Positions 10,397-20,629 of a stretch of DNA of 64,000 bases are shown here, piece after piece. Position 1 is the stretch's first letter. Each line of letters begins with the position of its first letter. The stretch is from Sulfolobaceae archaeon (GTDB lineage: Archaea; Thermoproteota; Thermoprotei_A; Sulfolobales; Sulfolobaceae). Where the stretch lies: positions 32,001 to 96,000 of the forward strand of contig JAWARQ010000004.1 in NCBI GenBank assembly GCA_038893355.1, in the 5' to 3' direction. Under the pieces are notes generated by a model, which saw only the letters and a program-made list of their open reading frames with translations, made no database searches and was not told the origin of the DNA. The position numbers and the translations under genes are program-made.

Positions 10397-11848
10397 TTAA
10401 TATCCTTTTGCTAATAATGCGAAATATATTATAAATAGTATTGAGATTAGTATAATTCCTGGTTTTATTTCTTTAAATCTTCCTAATGCTAATTTTATTA
10501 TTAAATACGAAATGAATCCAAATCCTATTCCTGCAGTAATACTATATGTAAACGGTATTGAAATTAATGTTAAAAAGGCAGGAACTACTTCGCTTATATT
10601 ATTGTTAATAACTAGCTTTCCTGCTAGGGATAAGAATAATAATCCTACTAAAATAAGAACACCGCCCGTTGCAAATGACGGTACTATGGTAAAGAGAGGT
10701 GCTAGTGGAACTGAAATGAAAAATAGTATTGATGTTATTAGTGCAGTCAGACCACTTCTTCCACCTTGTTCTATTCCCGTTGCGCTCTCTATATATATTA
10801 CAGTAGTTGAGGTGCCAAAGAAGGGAGCTAATATAGATGCAGAGGCGTCTGAAATTAGTGTTTTATTTATATTAATAATCTTATTATTTGTATCTACTAA
10901 GCCAGCTTTAGTTGCAAGACCACTTATTGTTCCTAATCCATCAAAGAAGTCTACTAAGAATAGTGAAAATGCAATTGGAAATCCAATTCCAAACGTAGTA
11001 AAATATAGGTAGAATGATGTAGGTAAATCATTAATAATTGATGTCATAAATGTTGGTGGCGTAATTATACTTGCTGGAAGGTTAACATAACCTAATACTC
11101 CCCCTATTACTGTAGTAGTTATTATTGCTATTATAAATGAACCTATAACTCTAGCTATTAGTAATACTGCAGAGATAAAGAAACTTAGCATTCCTAAATA
11201 AAATGTAGGACTTGCTAGCGCTTCAGTATTAATAGTTATAGGTGTCGCCGACCCTGCCCTTACTATACCAATATTAGCTAGACCTATCAATGATATGAAG
11301 AGCCCTATTCCAATTCCTATTCCAATTCTTAAGGTTTCTGGTACCGAATTTATTATGAACTCTCTTATTCCACCAATAGAGAATATTAAGAACAATATTC
11401 CATTAAAGAAAACTGAAATTAAAGAAAGGTAAACTGCAAATATTGCTGCTGATTGTCCTTGTAGCGAATGAGTTGATATTAATACGTTTGTAAATGACGG
11501 AATAACAGTAAATGCAATGAATGCATTTTCTCCCATTCCAGGTGCTAGTCCAAACGGCATCTTTGCATATAATGACATAATTAAAGTAGCTACTGCAGCA
11601 GCTAATGCGGTAGCTATTGTAAAGCTAAGCCTTATTAAATCGACAAGGCCTTGGTACGATTGAGGTAATGGTGAAGAAGGAGGTATTCCTAATGCAGTTC
11701 TAAGCGCGATTTCAAAGCCACTAGTTAATATTAGTGGGTTAACAAAAAGGATGTATGCCATTGATAGAAATGTAGTTATTCCAGCTACTGTTTCTATCCT
11801 AATATTAGTCTTTCTTTTATCTAATTCAAAATAACTTGATATACTCAT
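10397..11848 (-). CDS. NCS2/AzgA-family purine permease
   Basis: AGITTFLSMAYILFVNP, APGMG, YIESATG, GGRSGLTA. Confidence 0.92.
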   Translation of the reverse strand: MSISSYFELDKRKTNIRIETVAGITTFLSMAYILFVNPLILTSGFEIALRTALGIPPSSPLPQSYQGLVDLIRLSFTIATALAAAVATLIMSLYAKMPFGLAPGMGENAFIAFTVIPSFTNVLISTHSLQGQSAAIFAVYLSLISVFFNGILFLIFSIGGIREFIINSVPETLRIGIGIGIGLFISLIGLANIGIVRAGSATPITINTEALASPTFYLGMLSFFISAVLLIARVIGSFIIAIITTTVIGGVLGYVNLPASIITPPTFMTSIINDLPTSFYLYFTTFGIGFPIAFSLFLVDFFDGLGTISGLATKAGLVDTNNKIININKTLISDASASILAPFFGTSTTVIYIESATGIEQGGRSGLTALITSILFFISVPLAPLFTIVPSFATGGVLILVGLLFLSLAGKLVINNNISEVVPAFLTLISIPFTYSITAGIGFGFISYLIIKLALGRFKEIKPGIILISILFIIYFALLAKGY

Positions 11849-12289
11849 TACATAAGAAGACGTGGATGGGATTAAAAGATTAAATCTAATCTATCATGCT
11901 GTAAAGATTATAGAACAGAATGTACTTCTTACTTTTTCCTCTTATATTTTCATCTCAATCATTTTATGTCCATATATCGTCAAGCATAGACATTAATCCT
12001 TAACATACTAGTTAGGTCTATGTAATACACATCTACTACTCAGTTAAATGATGGGTTATAGAATTCCTTCAAGCGAGTTTAGATACTTCTGGCTCATGTC
12101 CTTGTAACCTTCTTACCCTTTCGGGCATAGCGCATACTAGGCTGAGAGGTCATCTTTATCAAGGATAAAATCGATATAAACTTAAGTATTTATTACTGTA
12201 AAAGGATTTATCTCTTATTAACGACTTAAGTCTATATTGTTTAGCAGAATAAGTGTATTAAATTAACCGGTAACTTTAGGACTTATACA

Positions 12290-13033
12290 CTAGTCTTCTT
12301 TATAATCTAATAATAAATTATATAACTCTTTTTTACTAATTTTCTTATTATTTAATAATATTAGATTTTCTTTTATATTTAATAACTTTTTTACTATAAT
12401 TTCATCATTTCTTATTTCATATCCTATTTTGTATATTCTCTTTATAATTTCATCATTTCTTATTTCATATTTGCATTTTAGCAATAAATATAGTATAATA
12501 TCAGGGAAGTTTTCCTTAATAAATACATTACAGTTTTTTTGAAAATTAAATAAATATAAATTTTTTTGTAGTTTATCAATTATTTCTGAAATGACATTTT
12601 CAAATAAGTTCTTTACCAATTTCAATCTTATAGTATTATTCACTAAAATAAATTTAATTAAAATAAAATCTTTAAAAATATTTATATTAATATTTTCATT
12701 AAAATTTAATTTATTTAGTTCTTCAATTATAACTTTATAAGCTGGAATATTATGAAATTCTATAGGGATCTTGGACTCAATATACTCCGAATTCTTATAT
12801 ATCTTTTCTATCTCAGATAAAGACAGTCTGTTAAGATTAAGTACTACATTTTCTGCTAATGAGATTCTTAAGGATACTTTATTAACCTCCTCTACTATAA
12901 CCTTGTAATTTATTGCTCTAATATTAACTCTACTTAGAAAATCAGCAATTTCTTTAGCCTTTTCTTCTTCTATATCTCCAATGATTATATAATTTGAAAT
13001 AATATACTTTCTCCTTTTCCCTCTTCTCTCCAT
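12290..13033 (-). CDS. Hypothetical protein with internal 16-codon-period repeat
   Basis: 247-aa ORF, no recognised motif; YEIRNDEII occurs twice. Confidence 0.6.
   Translation of the reverse strand: MERRGKRRKYIISNYIIIGDIEEEKAKEIADFLSRVNIRAINYKVIVEEVNKVSLRISLAENVVLNLNRLSLSEIEKIYKNSEYIESKIPIEFHNIPAYKVIIEELNKLNFNENININIFKDFILIKFILVNNTIRLKLVKNLFENVISEIIDKLQKNLYLFNFQKNCNVFIKENFPDIILYLLLKCKYEIRNDEIIKRIYKIGYEIRNDEIIVKKLLNIKENLILLNNKKISKKELYNLLLDYKED
12395..12470. repeat. Exact 28-bp direct repeat, period 48 nt
   Basis: TATAATTTCATCATTTCTTATTTCATAT at 12395-12422 and 12443-12470. Confidence 0.9.
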
Positions 13034-13081
13034 CCTAGACTAAGAAAAACTATTAATATCAGATTATTTAGTCTTTCAATC

Positions 13082-13441
13082 ATGAGAACAGAGTCGTATA
13101 TTCTCTTATCGAATGGATTAGCTTTACTAGAGCTAATCGTAGGCTACATAGTTGATATTTTTGGCTTTGGTTATCAATACATAAATTTAGGAATTCATGC
13201 AGTAATTGGTATTCTATTATTCGCCTTCACTCTAATCTCTTACATTCGAATTGAAGAGAGATTCATGAAGAGGCTTTTGCTAGGCACTATCGTGTTAATA
13301 ATAATTGCTGCAATTCTTGGTTTTGTTTATATATTATTCGGAAATATTATAATTTCAATAATTCATTTTATCTTTGCATTAGGTGTTCTATCAAACCTTT
13401 CTGTAGGCTACGGCTTTATGATAGGGAAGAGATATAGATAG
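13082..13441 (+). CDS. Small four-TM membrane protein
   Basis: Four hydrophobic helices, two with a His (GIHAVIG, IIHFIFA). Confidence 0.75.
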   Translation: MRTESYILLSNGLALLELIVGYIVDIFGFGYQYINLGIHAVIGILLFAFTLISYIRIEERFMKRLLLGTIVLIIIAAILGFVYILFGNIIISIIHFIFALGVLSNLSVGYGFMIGKRYR

Positions 13442-13453
13442 GGAAGAATTCTT

Positions 13454-14980
13454 TTAAATTTTAAATATAGGCTTTCCATCAAACTCACTTAAATACTTAT
13501 CATTACTATTAGTTAAGCTTACTAAGGTTGGTGCAATGTCTACAAGCCTAGGGCCGGAGTAAGGTAATGTTTCTACTACCATTCCTTTTGGAACATTAGG
13601 TCCTCTAATAATTATCGGAATATTTTGTACTAGCCAACCCGCGCCACCATGATTTCCTTTATAACTTGGATATGCACTCATTTCATCTCCGAAGAATACT
13701 ATTATATCGGGCCCTTGTTCACACAACATAGTTTTTAAAAGTTGAACATAATTAGATCTACCGTCATCCTTTACTGGAACGTAATTTTCAATAATGTTCC
13801 CTCCCACGTTAAACCTTGCCTTATAGAACACTGCTATTACGTTAGGTATATTCTCCTTTAAATAATTTGCTGCAGTTCTCTTTTTATCGTTATCTTTAAA
13901 ATCTGGGTTACTAAGCCATATTGTTAAGTAACCTGAGGCACCTCTAACGAGATCTGTATTGATTCCCTTATTAGCAAGATCGTTAGATATTTGATTAGGG
14001 TCTATATAATCATAATTTGTTGAAAATCCATGATCTGCAGTAATTACAATTAGGGATTTATCATAAATACCCAAAGTCTTTAGTTTATTAATTAATTCAC
14101 CTATAACTTTGTCTGCATTCATTACAGGCTGATACATACTATCAAGGCTTCCGGGACCTCCGTTTATGTGGGCGTTTAAATCTACATCCGGAAGGTTTAT
14201 GAGCATATATCTAGGTCTTAAGTTTTCTAAAATTCTCTCTACAACTTTAATTACCCAGTTATCTCCCATCGTAAGCAAATCACTACTTTTTATTGTTACA
14301 TCATTTACTAAACCGTCTGCCTTGCCTAATTGATAATAAGGCACAATATACCCATCTTGTGTAGTTTTTCCCATAATTCTAATATCCATGTTTGCTAGAT
14401 ACGTAGCCATATACTGCTTTGTTGAAATTCCTACAGTTAGGGCGTCTTGAAAGGTCGATTTTAACCAAAGTGGAAATGATGGTAAATCATATTCATAATG
14501 TCTCCTTATTTTTGATGGTAAATCATAATTTACTATTAACGAGTAATCTCCAGGATTTACCGCTTTATATTCCGGGACTATTTGATTTAGATCTGGATCA
14601 TCATATATGTTTCTCCAACCATAATCTACGATCCCCCACCTTGAAGGGAATAATCCTGCATTACCTACCGCATGGCTAACTATAGTATTTGATGTTAAGT
14701 GTCCTACGTAAGCATTAGGGAAGTACGTCCCTTCACTTATTATATTCATTATATTTGGGGGATTGAACTTCTCTATGAATACTGGAGATAAACCATCAAC
14801 GTATATTAGGAAATAGTATCCAATATCACCACTGTCTATAACTTTCTGGATACTATTATTTGAGGAGTCTGTAGTGTAGTTAGTAAAGTATTCTCGAAAA
14901 GTTTTTATACTTACGGTAGCCGAGAGGATACTAGAACCTAAAACTAGGGATGCTATCTTTAAGAATTCTCTCCTATTCAT
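13454..14980 (-). CDS. Tat-exported alkaline phosphatase superfamily enzyme (NPP/phosphodiesterase-like)
   Basis: MNRREFLK twin-arginine signal; VDG, NTIVSH, DLNAH, TADHG, NHGG metal motifs. Confidence 0.85.
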   Translation of the reverse strand: MNRREFLKIASLVLGSSILSATVSIKTFREYFTNYTTDSSNNSIQKVIDSGDIGYYFLIYVDGLSPVFIEKFNPPNIMNIISEGTYFPNAYVGHLTSNTIVSHAVGNAGLFPSRWGIVDYGWRNIYDDPDLNQIVPEYKAVNPGDYSLIVNYDLPSKIRRHYEYDLPSFPLWLKSTFQDALTVGISTKQYMATYLANMDIRIMGKTTQDGYIVPYYQLGKADGLVNDVTIKSSDLLTMGDNWVIKVVERILENLRPRYMLINLPDVDLNAHINGGPGSLDSMYQPVMNADKVIGELINKLKTLGIYDKSLIVITADHGFSTNYDYIDPNQISNDLANKGINTDLVRGASGYLTIWLSNPDFKDNDKKRTAANYLKENIPNVIAVFYKARFNVGGNIIENYVPVKDDGRSNYVQLLKTMLCEQGPDIIVFFGDEMSAYPSYKGNHGGAGWLVQNIPIIIRGPNVPKGMVVETLPYSGPRLVDIAPTLVSLTNSNDKYLSEFDGKPIFKI

Positions 14981-15102
14981 GCGATATTTGAAGAAGATTA
15001 TATTTAAAAAGATATTCTACATAATATATATAATATCTGATAATTATATAGTACTATATACAACTATATATAAACTGAATCAATGTAATTGTATCTCCTA
15101 AG

Positions 15103-15615
15103 CTATTTTATTATATTTTCTAATTCATGTAATAAAGTAGAAGTGATATTTTTTCTATTCTCATATGTAACGTAAATTACCTTATATTTTCTAAATTTCT
15201 CTACTAGGCTTCTATGCAAAACTGCAATCAGTGGCTTACTAGAATTTATTGAAAAATCTATAATATTTTTTAATTCATTTATCTTTAATTCCATTGGACC
15301 TATTTCGTCTATAATTATCAGTTCAGAATTTTGGATTGATACAAAAATTTCGTCTATAATATTTTTAACTTCGTCAATAAGAATATGATATTTCCCTACT
15401 TTAGGAAAACCCTCTTCTTCTTTAGCTAGCCATACATCCTTACCACTAGAAATATCTACTATTTTAAATCCTATTCTCTTTTCACCTACCCTCACTTCTG
15501 GGCAATAAAATCCACCGATCTTGACTCTTTTGTTCTTCTTTAATTCTTCTATAAGCTTAACTATGATTGTAGTCTTACCTACACGAGGAGGTCCTGTTAT
15601 AAAAATTTTGTTCAT
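15103..15615 (-). CDS. NTPase (THEP1/NTPase_1 family)
   Basis: GPPRVGKTT, GGFYCPEVR, IIDEIGPME. Confidence 0.92.
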   Translation of the reverse strand: MNKIFITGPPRVGKTTIIVKLIEELKKNKRVKIGGFYCPEVRVGEKRIGFKIVDISSGKDVWLAKEEEGFPKVGKYHILIDEVKNIIDEIFVSIQNSELIIIDEIGPMELKINELKNIIDFSINSSKPLIAVLHRSLVEKFRKYKVIYVTYENRKNITSTLLHELENIIK

Positions 15616-15659
15616 TATGTTTTTAATTTTTAATCAAGTATATAGAGGTAGTGTTGTCA

Positions 15660-16325
15660 ATGTCTAGTTCAGTGTATATGTATATAAGCTCGTTAAAATT
15701 TAATAGTAATTGGTGGAATTTATCATATTCCGAGAAGAAGGGTATAATTAGTAATTTATTAGAGGTGGAGAAGGCTTTTTCTGAAAAAGTAGTTTTAAAG
15801 AGATATATCTCTCTTAGGCATAATTCAGATCTCCTATACTGGATATCTTCTTACAATACTCGTGATTTTATTGAATTTAAGTATAATATATTATCTATTG
15901 GGAAAGGGTATTTTAAGGAAAATATTGGATTAATTTCTATATTTAAACCTTCGCCTTATTTTGAATATTCGGAATCAAAGGACTTATTATCTTATATTAA
16001 GAGGGAACCATTAAGATACTTCGTAGCCTATCCTATGAAAAAATCCCCTGAATGGTACCTACTACCTTTCGACGAGAGGAGAGAATTGATAAAAGAGCAT
16101 GCTGAAATTGCTTCAAAATATAATAAATACGGTATTAGATCTTATACCACTTACTCTTTTGGAATTTTAGATGATGAATTTGTAGTGATATATGAAGTCC
16201 CAGACTTAGAAGGCTGGAGTTTTGTTGTAGAGAAACTTAGGGAAGCAAGGGCTAGAAAATGGACGTTAAGAGAAGAGCCTATTTTATTAGGGGAGTATAT
16301 AAATTTACAAGAGATTATTAAGTAG
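15660..16325 (+). CDS. Chlorite dismutase / coproheme decarboxylase (ChdC/HemQ)-like protein
   Basis: YPMKKSPEWYLLPFDERRELIKEH, YSFGILDDEFVV. Confidence 0.8.
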   Translation: MSSSVYMYISSLKFNSNWWNLSYSEKKGIISNLLEVEKAFSEKVVLKRYISLRHNSDLLYWISSYNTRDFIEFKYNILSIGKGYFKENIGLISIFKPSPYFEYSESKDLLSYIKREPLRYFVAYPMKKSPEWYLLPFDERRELIKEHAEIASKYNKYGIRSYTTYSFGILDDEFVVIYEVPDLEGWSFVVEKLREARARKWTLREEPILLGEYINLQEIIK

Positions 16326-16808
16326 AAATAGTATTGCTACTAACGTTTTACCATCTTCTATTTCTTTTCGCTTTACTAATTCCTTAATCTTAGCTATCTT
16401 AATAGGCATTAATTCTATTAGCTCGTAAGATTCAGGTTTGCTTCCTATAAATTTAAGTTCATTAGCTATTGCAATATACATCTTCTCAGTTGATGTACCA
16501 GGGGATACGAAATACGAGTGTATTATTTTTATATCCTCTGCGAGATAACCAGTTTCTTCTATTAATTCCCTCTTTGCAGTTTCTTCTACTTTTTCATTCT
16601 CCTCTATTGTCCCTGCAGGAAATTCCAATAGCCATTTATTTACAATTGGCCTATATTGCCTTATCATTAATACTGTCTCATTATCTAGAAATGGTATTAT
16701 TATGACTGAGCCTCTATGCCTTATATAGGCAGTCTCATATTCTTTTCCGTTAGGTAGGAGGAATTTTTCTAAGTGAACACTAAACTTCTTAGACTCAAAT
16801 ATTTTCAT
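16305..16808 (-). CDS. NUDIX hydrolase (ADP-ribose pyrophosphatase-like)
   Basis: Nudix box GTIEENEKVEETAKRELIEETG. Confidence 0.92.
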   Translation of the reverse strand: MKIFESKKFSVHLEKFLLPNGKEYETAYIRHRGSVIIIPFLDNETVLMIRQYRPIVNKWLLEFPAGTIEENEKVEETAKRELIEETGYLAEDIKIIHSYFVSPGTSTEKMYIAIANELKFIGSKPESYELIELMPIKIAKIKELVKRKEIEDGKTLVAILFLLNNLL

Positions 16809-17425
16809 ATTTTCAACCTTTTTTTAAAGTCCCTTAATATTTCTTCAGCCCTCGTATAATACTTTTCCCAATCTAACTTGAATAATAGAATACCCAATAT
16901 TACAAACACAATAGAAGATATTATTCCTAACTCAACTTCTGTTATTCCAAATGCTCTAGTATGCTGTGCTATTACTATTAGTCCTGCAGCCTCTAAGGCT
17001 ATTTCTATTGCACTTTTACTTATTTTTGATATTATAGTTATAGATAGCATTTTAGATAAAGGTGCCTTTACTATTCCACCTCCTAAAAATAAATAATCAT
17101 CTATAGGTAAAATTGGTAATAATGCCAATATAAATAAAGTAACATAAAAAGATTTGTTATTGACAAATCTCGCTAGGAACTTCATATTCTTTGTATCTTT
17201 CAATGGTTTTCTTAATCCTAAGCCTATCCCATACATTACGATTTTTGATACTCCAGCACCTAATCCAGTTACGAATACTACGATAAGATAGTCTATTAGG
17301 TTAAATCCAGCTCTAAGTAAAACCGTAGTCGCTATTATAGTGTATGGGGCTCCAAAGAAGGGTGTTGCATTAGATACAAAACTAACGATAAAGAGAAATA
17401 TTATTTCGTAAACATTTAGTCCCAT
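16805..17425 (-). CDS. Membrane protein, VTT/DedA-like
   Basis: Hydrophobic helices; NATPF, PILPIDD. Confidence 0.65.
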   Translation of the reverse strand: MGLNVYEIIFLFIVSFVSNATPFFGAPYTIIATTVLLRAGFNLIDYLIVVFVTGLGAGVSKIVMYGIGLGLRKPLKDTKNMKFLARFVNNKSFYVTLFILALLPILPIDDYLFLGGGIVKAPLSKMLSITIISKISKSAIEIALEAAGLIVIAQHTRAFGITEVELGIISSIVFVILGILLFKLDWEKYYTRAEEILRDFKKRLKI

Positions 17426-17480
17426 TCAAATATTATCTGCCCTATTGTCTTATTAAATATTAATGTATAACCATCTATTC

Positions 17481-17705
17481 ATGAAAATAGAGTTGAATAA
17501 TTTGAATCTTGAGAAGAGCGAAAAAATTATTGCAATCAGGGTAGATGGAAAAATGAGCTATAATTTTTCACCAGACGTTATTCCTGCCAGGGTAAAAAAC
17601 TTTATTATTGAAATTGGTGATGTAAAATTAGATTATGCATATAATAAAAAACACATAATAGAGATAATAACATATTCTGGTAAATACTTTAAATATATAA
17701 TTTAA
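17481..17705 (+). CDS. Small hypothetical protein
   Basis: Protein-like ORF; ATG 17481 follows a TATA-like sequence near 17453. Confidence 0.55.
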   Translation: MKIELNNLNLEKSEKIIAIRVDGKMSYNFSPDVIPARVKNFIIEIGDVKLDYAYNKKHIIEIITYSGKYFKYII

Positions 17706-18098
17706 ATATTTTATTTTTATAATATAGATTTTATAAATTAATAAATTTTAACAGCTTAGTAGAGCATTTTTATTATTACTAAACGTATAAATTCATTATA
17801 CTTTGTCTACTTTAATATGCGATTAATAGTAAAAATTACTATTCTCTATTTGAATAAAAATTAATAATAATTAATATAAAAATAAAAATTTTTAAATATA
17901 TATAAAATTCTTACAAGTTATATTAAGATTTAAAATACTTATAAATTTCTGCATATAGCTTTACGAGTCCATAAGCTAAGAAAGAAAGTTATGAAAAATA
18001 CTAATCTTTAGGAGAAAGTAAATTATCCATAGTAGATATCTTCTATCATACGGCATAAATCTTAAAGGTTATAACTTAGTGTAAAAATCTTATTATAA

Positions 18099-18542
18099 AT
18101 GTGCGTCTTCTGTAAAATTATTAAGAGAGAAGAGGAAGGATATATAGTGTATCAAGACGAGTACTTTACCTCATTTTTGGATAAATATCCAGTAGCACCT
18201 GGACATACTTTAATAGCTACCAACAAGCATTTTGAGGACTTATTAAAAGTAGATGGGATCTATTTGCAAAAAATAGGGGAAATAATAAAGCTTATTGGAA
18301 ATGCAGTTATTAGGGCAATGAAAGCTGATGGAATAAGAGTTGTAAGCAATATAGGAAGGAGTGCAGGGCAGGTAATATTTCATACTCACATACATATAGT
18401 CCCAAGCTGGGAGGCTGGAATCCCAAAAGAGTTTTCGGATTTTAGACCTAGAGTAGAGCTGCCTAAATCTTATTATACAAAAGTCCAAAAGATGATATCT
18501 GAGGAAATTATAAAACAATTAGGAAAGGTTAGTGATACATAA
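18099..18542 (+). CDS. HIT family nucleotide hydrolase
   Basis: CVFCKI, GHTL, HTHIH triad. Confidence 0.95.
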   Translation: MCVFCKIIKREEEGYIVYQDEYFTSFLDKYPVAPGHTLIATNKHFEDLLKVDGIYLQKIGEIIKLIGNAVIRAMKADGIRVVSNIGRSAGQVIFHTHIHIVPSWEAGIPKEFSDFRPRVELPKSYYTKVQKMISEEIIKQLGKVSDT

Positions 18543-19381
18543 TGGCAGTAAAAATTTATCTAGGACCAGCAGGAATTCCACATGCAGCAGCTAAAAAAGG
18601 AACTTTAGAAGCACTATCGGTTATTAAGGAGCTCGGTTTAAATGCAATGGAAGTTGAGTTCGTTCAAGGAGTCAGAATGTCAAGGCAAATGGCCGAGAAG
18701 GTTGGTGAAGAGGCTAAGAGGCTAGGTATAAGGCTTTCAGTACATGCTCCTTATTTCATTAATCTTTGTTCTGAAGACGAGTCTAAAAGAAAAGCATCTA
18801 AACAGAGAATACTTGAATCTGCAGATAGGGCAGAATTAATGGGTGCTGATGCTATAGCAATTCACGTTGCATTTTACGGTAAATATTCCCCTGAGGAATG
18901 TTATAATATGGTAAAGGAGTCTTTAATTGAAATAGTAGATAAGGCTAAAGATGAGGGTATAAAAAATGTAAAGTTTGGAGTAGAAACCATGGCTAAGGAG
19001 TCTGCGTTTGGGTCATTAGAAGAGGTAATAAGAATTTCGAAGGAGGTAGAGAATGTTATCCCCTATATTGACTGGGCTCATACTTTTGCTAGGCAAGGTG
19101 GTAAAATTGATTATGGATATATTTTAGATTTATTAACTAAAGAGTTAAAATTATCTCATATTAATAGCCATTTTGAAGCACTAGATATAAGTAAAGGTAG
19201 GTATGTTGATAGACATTTGCCGATATCTTATAACACTCCGCCTTTTGAACCTTTAGCTAGAGAAATACTAAAACGCGATAATTATTCGATAACGCTAATA
19301 TGTGAAAGTCCAGAGTTGGAAAGGGATGCGTTAAAGATGAAGGAAATTTTATTGAGGCTTAATTATAACTTTAACTTGTAA
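18542..19381 (+). CDS. nfo: Endonuclease IV (AP endonuclease family 2)
   Basis: SVHAPYFINL, ETMAK, IDWAH, ICESP. Confidence 0.9.
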   Translation: MAVKIYLGPAGIPHAAAKKGTLEALSVIKELGLNAMEVEFVQGVRMSRQMAEKVGEEAKRLGIRLSVHAPYFINLCSEDESKRKASKQRILESADRAELMGADAIAIHVAFYGKYSPEECYNMVKESLIEIVDKAKDEGIKNVKFGVETMAKESAFGSLEEVIRISKEVENVIPYIDWAHTFARQGGKIDYGYILDLLTKELKLSHINSHFEALDISKGRYVDRHLPISYNTPPFEPLAREILKRDNYSITLICESPELERDALKMKEILLRLNYNFNL

Positions 19382-20038
19382 ATGTATTTAATATTCTGCG
19401 ATTATGACGGAACTTTAAGTGATAAGAAGGATAATTTTTTCATTAAAGATAATGTTAAAAATTTTATAAATGAATTTAAGAAAAAAAATCCTATTTTTAT
19501 AGTTACTGGTAGAGAAGAGAAATTTATAAAGAGATTAGCAAAGGGACTAGAACCAACTGGATGGATTCTAGAAAATGGGGCTATTTTTATTTATAATAAT
19601 CAGAGAATATTGAATGTTGATGATGACTGGTTCCAGGTTAGGGAAGATGTGGTGAAATTTTTAGAAGCTAATAAAGTTAAATTTTCTTTAGGGGAAGTTA
19701 TAATTTATGTAGATGAAGCTTCCAAATACTTTGATGTGTTAAATAAGGTATCTAACGCTAAGATAGAATGGAATCGTAATAATTTAATGATATTGCCAAA
19801 AAATATAGATAAAGGTAGTAGTATATTAAAATTTATTAGGCGTTTTAATTTAAATGGAAAAATAGTTGTAATAGGTGATGGAGAGAACGACTTAAGTATG
19901 TTTAAAGTTGCTGATATTAAAGTTGCAGTGAAAAATGCTGTTGATGTATTAAAGTATAATGCAGACTTTATTACTGATAAGGAAGATGGTGAGGGAGTTG
20001 TTGAATTCTTACGTTTTTTATCAAGTTTTAGTAAATAG
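19382..20038 (+). CDS. HAD-IIB phosphatase (phosphoglycolate phosphatase-like)
   Basis: DYDGT, TGR, ENG, GDGENDLSMF. Confidence 0.9.
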   Translation: MYLIFCDYDGTLSDKKDNFFIKDNVKNFINEFKKKNPIFIVTGREEKFIKRLAKGLEPTGWILENGAIFIYNNQRILNVDDDWFQVREDVVKFLEANKVKFSLGEVIIYVDEASKYFDVLNKVSNAKIEWNRNNLMILPKNIDKGSSILKFIRRFNLNGKIVVIGDGENDLSMFKVADIKVAVKNAVDVLKYNADFITDKEDGEGVVEFLRFLSSFSK

Positions 20039-20629
20039 ATATATATCAACTAAAAACTCGTGGAACTTTTTCTTATGCCACGGGTAATAGGCTTTTAGTT
20101 TATACTTTGTTGAAATTAGATCAACGTTATATCCCTTCTCCTTTGCTAGTTCTAAAATAATTCTTCTACTTTCCTCATTAGATTTATGAATCGAATATAT
20201 TACATTTCCTATCTCCATAGCTTTCCTTAAGAATATAATATCAATTCCTCTATTCACAACTCCGAATGGTGGATTTTGAAATACAACATCCACCCTTCTC
20301 AAATGTAGATTTTCTACATTTGCTTGCAAATAATCGATTCTTGATAAAAGGGAATATTTACTTGCATATTCTTTTCCCTTATGTATACTCTCTTCATCAA
20401 TTTCAACACATATACAGTAACCATTCAATATAGTTACTGCAACGCAGAATGGTCCAGTTCCACATCCTAATTCAACCACCCTTCTGCCAACTATCTCACC
20501 GCGTAGATATGCAAGCCATACTATTGAAGCTACGAGTTCTGGTGGAGTCATGTATTGTTCTAGAGTATACTTTGGGTTAGGATGAGGTGGCAATTTCTCT
20601 ATTATAAGTTCCAGATCTTTCTTACTAAT
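20021..20629 (-). CDS. METTL5-family N6-adenine methyltransferase (start uncertain: ATT 20629 or TTG 20593)
   Basis: LEQYMTP, ELGCGTG, NPPFG; conserved-looking KKDLELIIEKL lies upstream of the TTG. Confidence 0.85.
   Translation of the reverse strand: MSKKDLELIIEKLPPHPNPKYTLEQYMTPPELVASIVWLAYLRGEIVGRRVVELGCGTGPFCVAVTILNGYCICVEIDEESIHKGKEYASKYSLLSRIDYLQANVENLHLRRVDVVFQNPPFGVVNRGIDIIFLRKAMEIGNVIYSIHKSNEESRRIILELAKEKGYNVDLISTKYKLKAYYPWHKKKFHEFLVDIYLFTKT

Noticed and set aside
12130-12170. TPP riboswitch suggested by GCTGAGA
   Set aside because: Wrong strand relative to the permease, and the downstream conserved core is absent
17706-18098. Replication origin
   Set aside because: No ORB repeats seen and no cdc6/orc1 or whiP gene nearby
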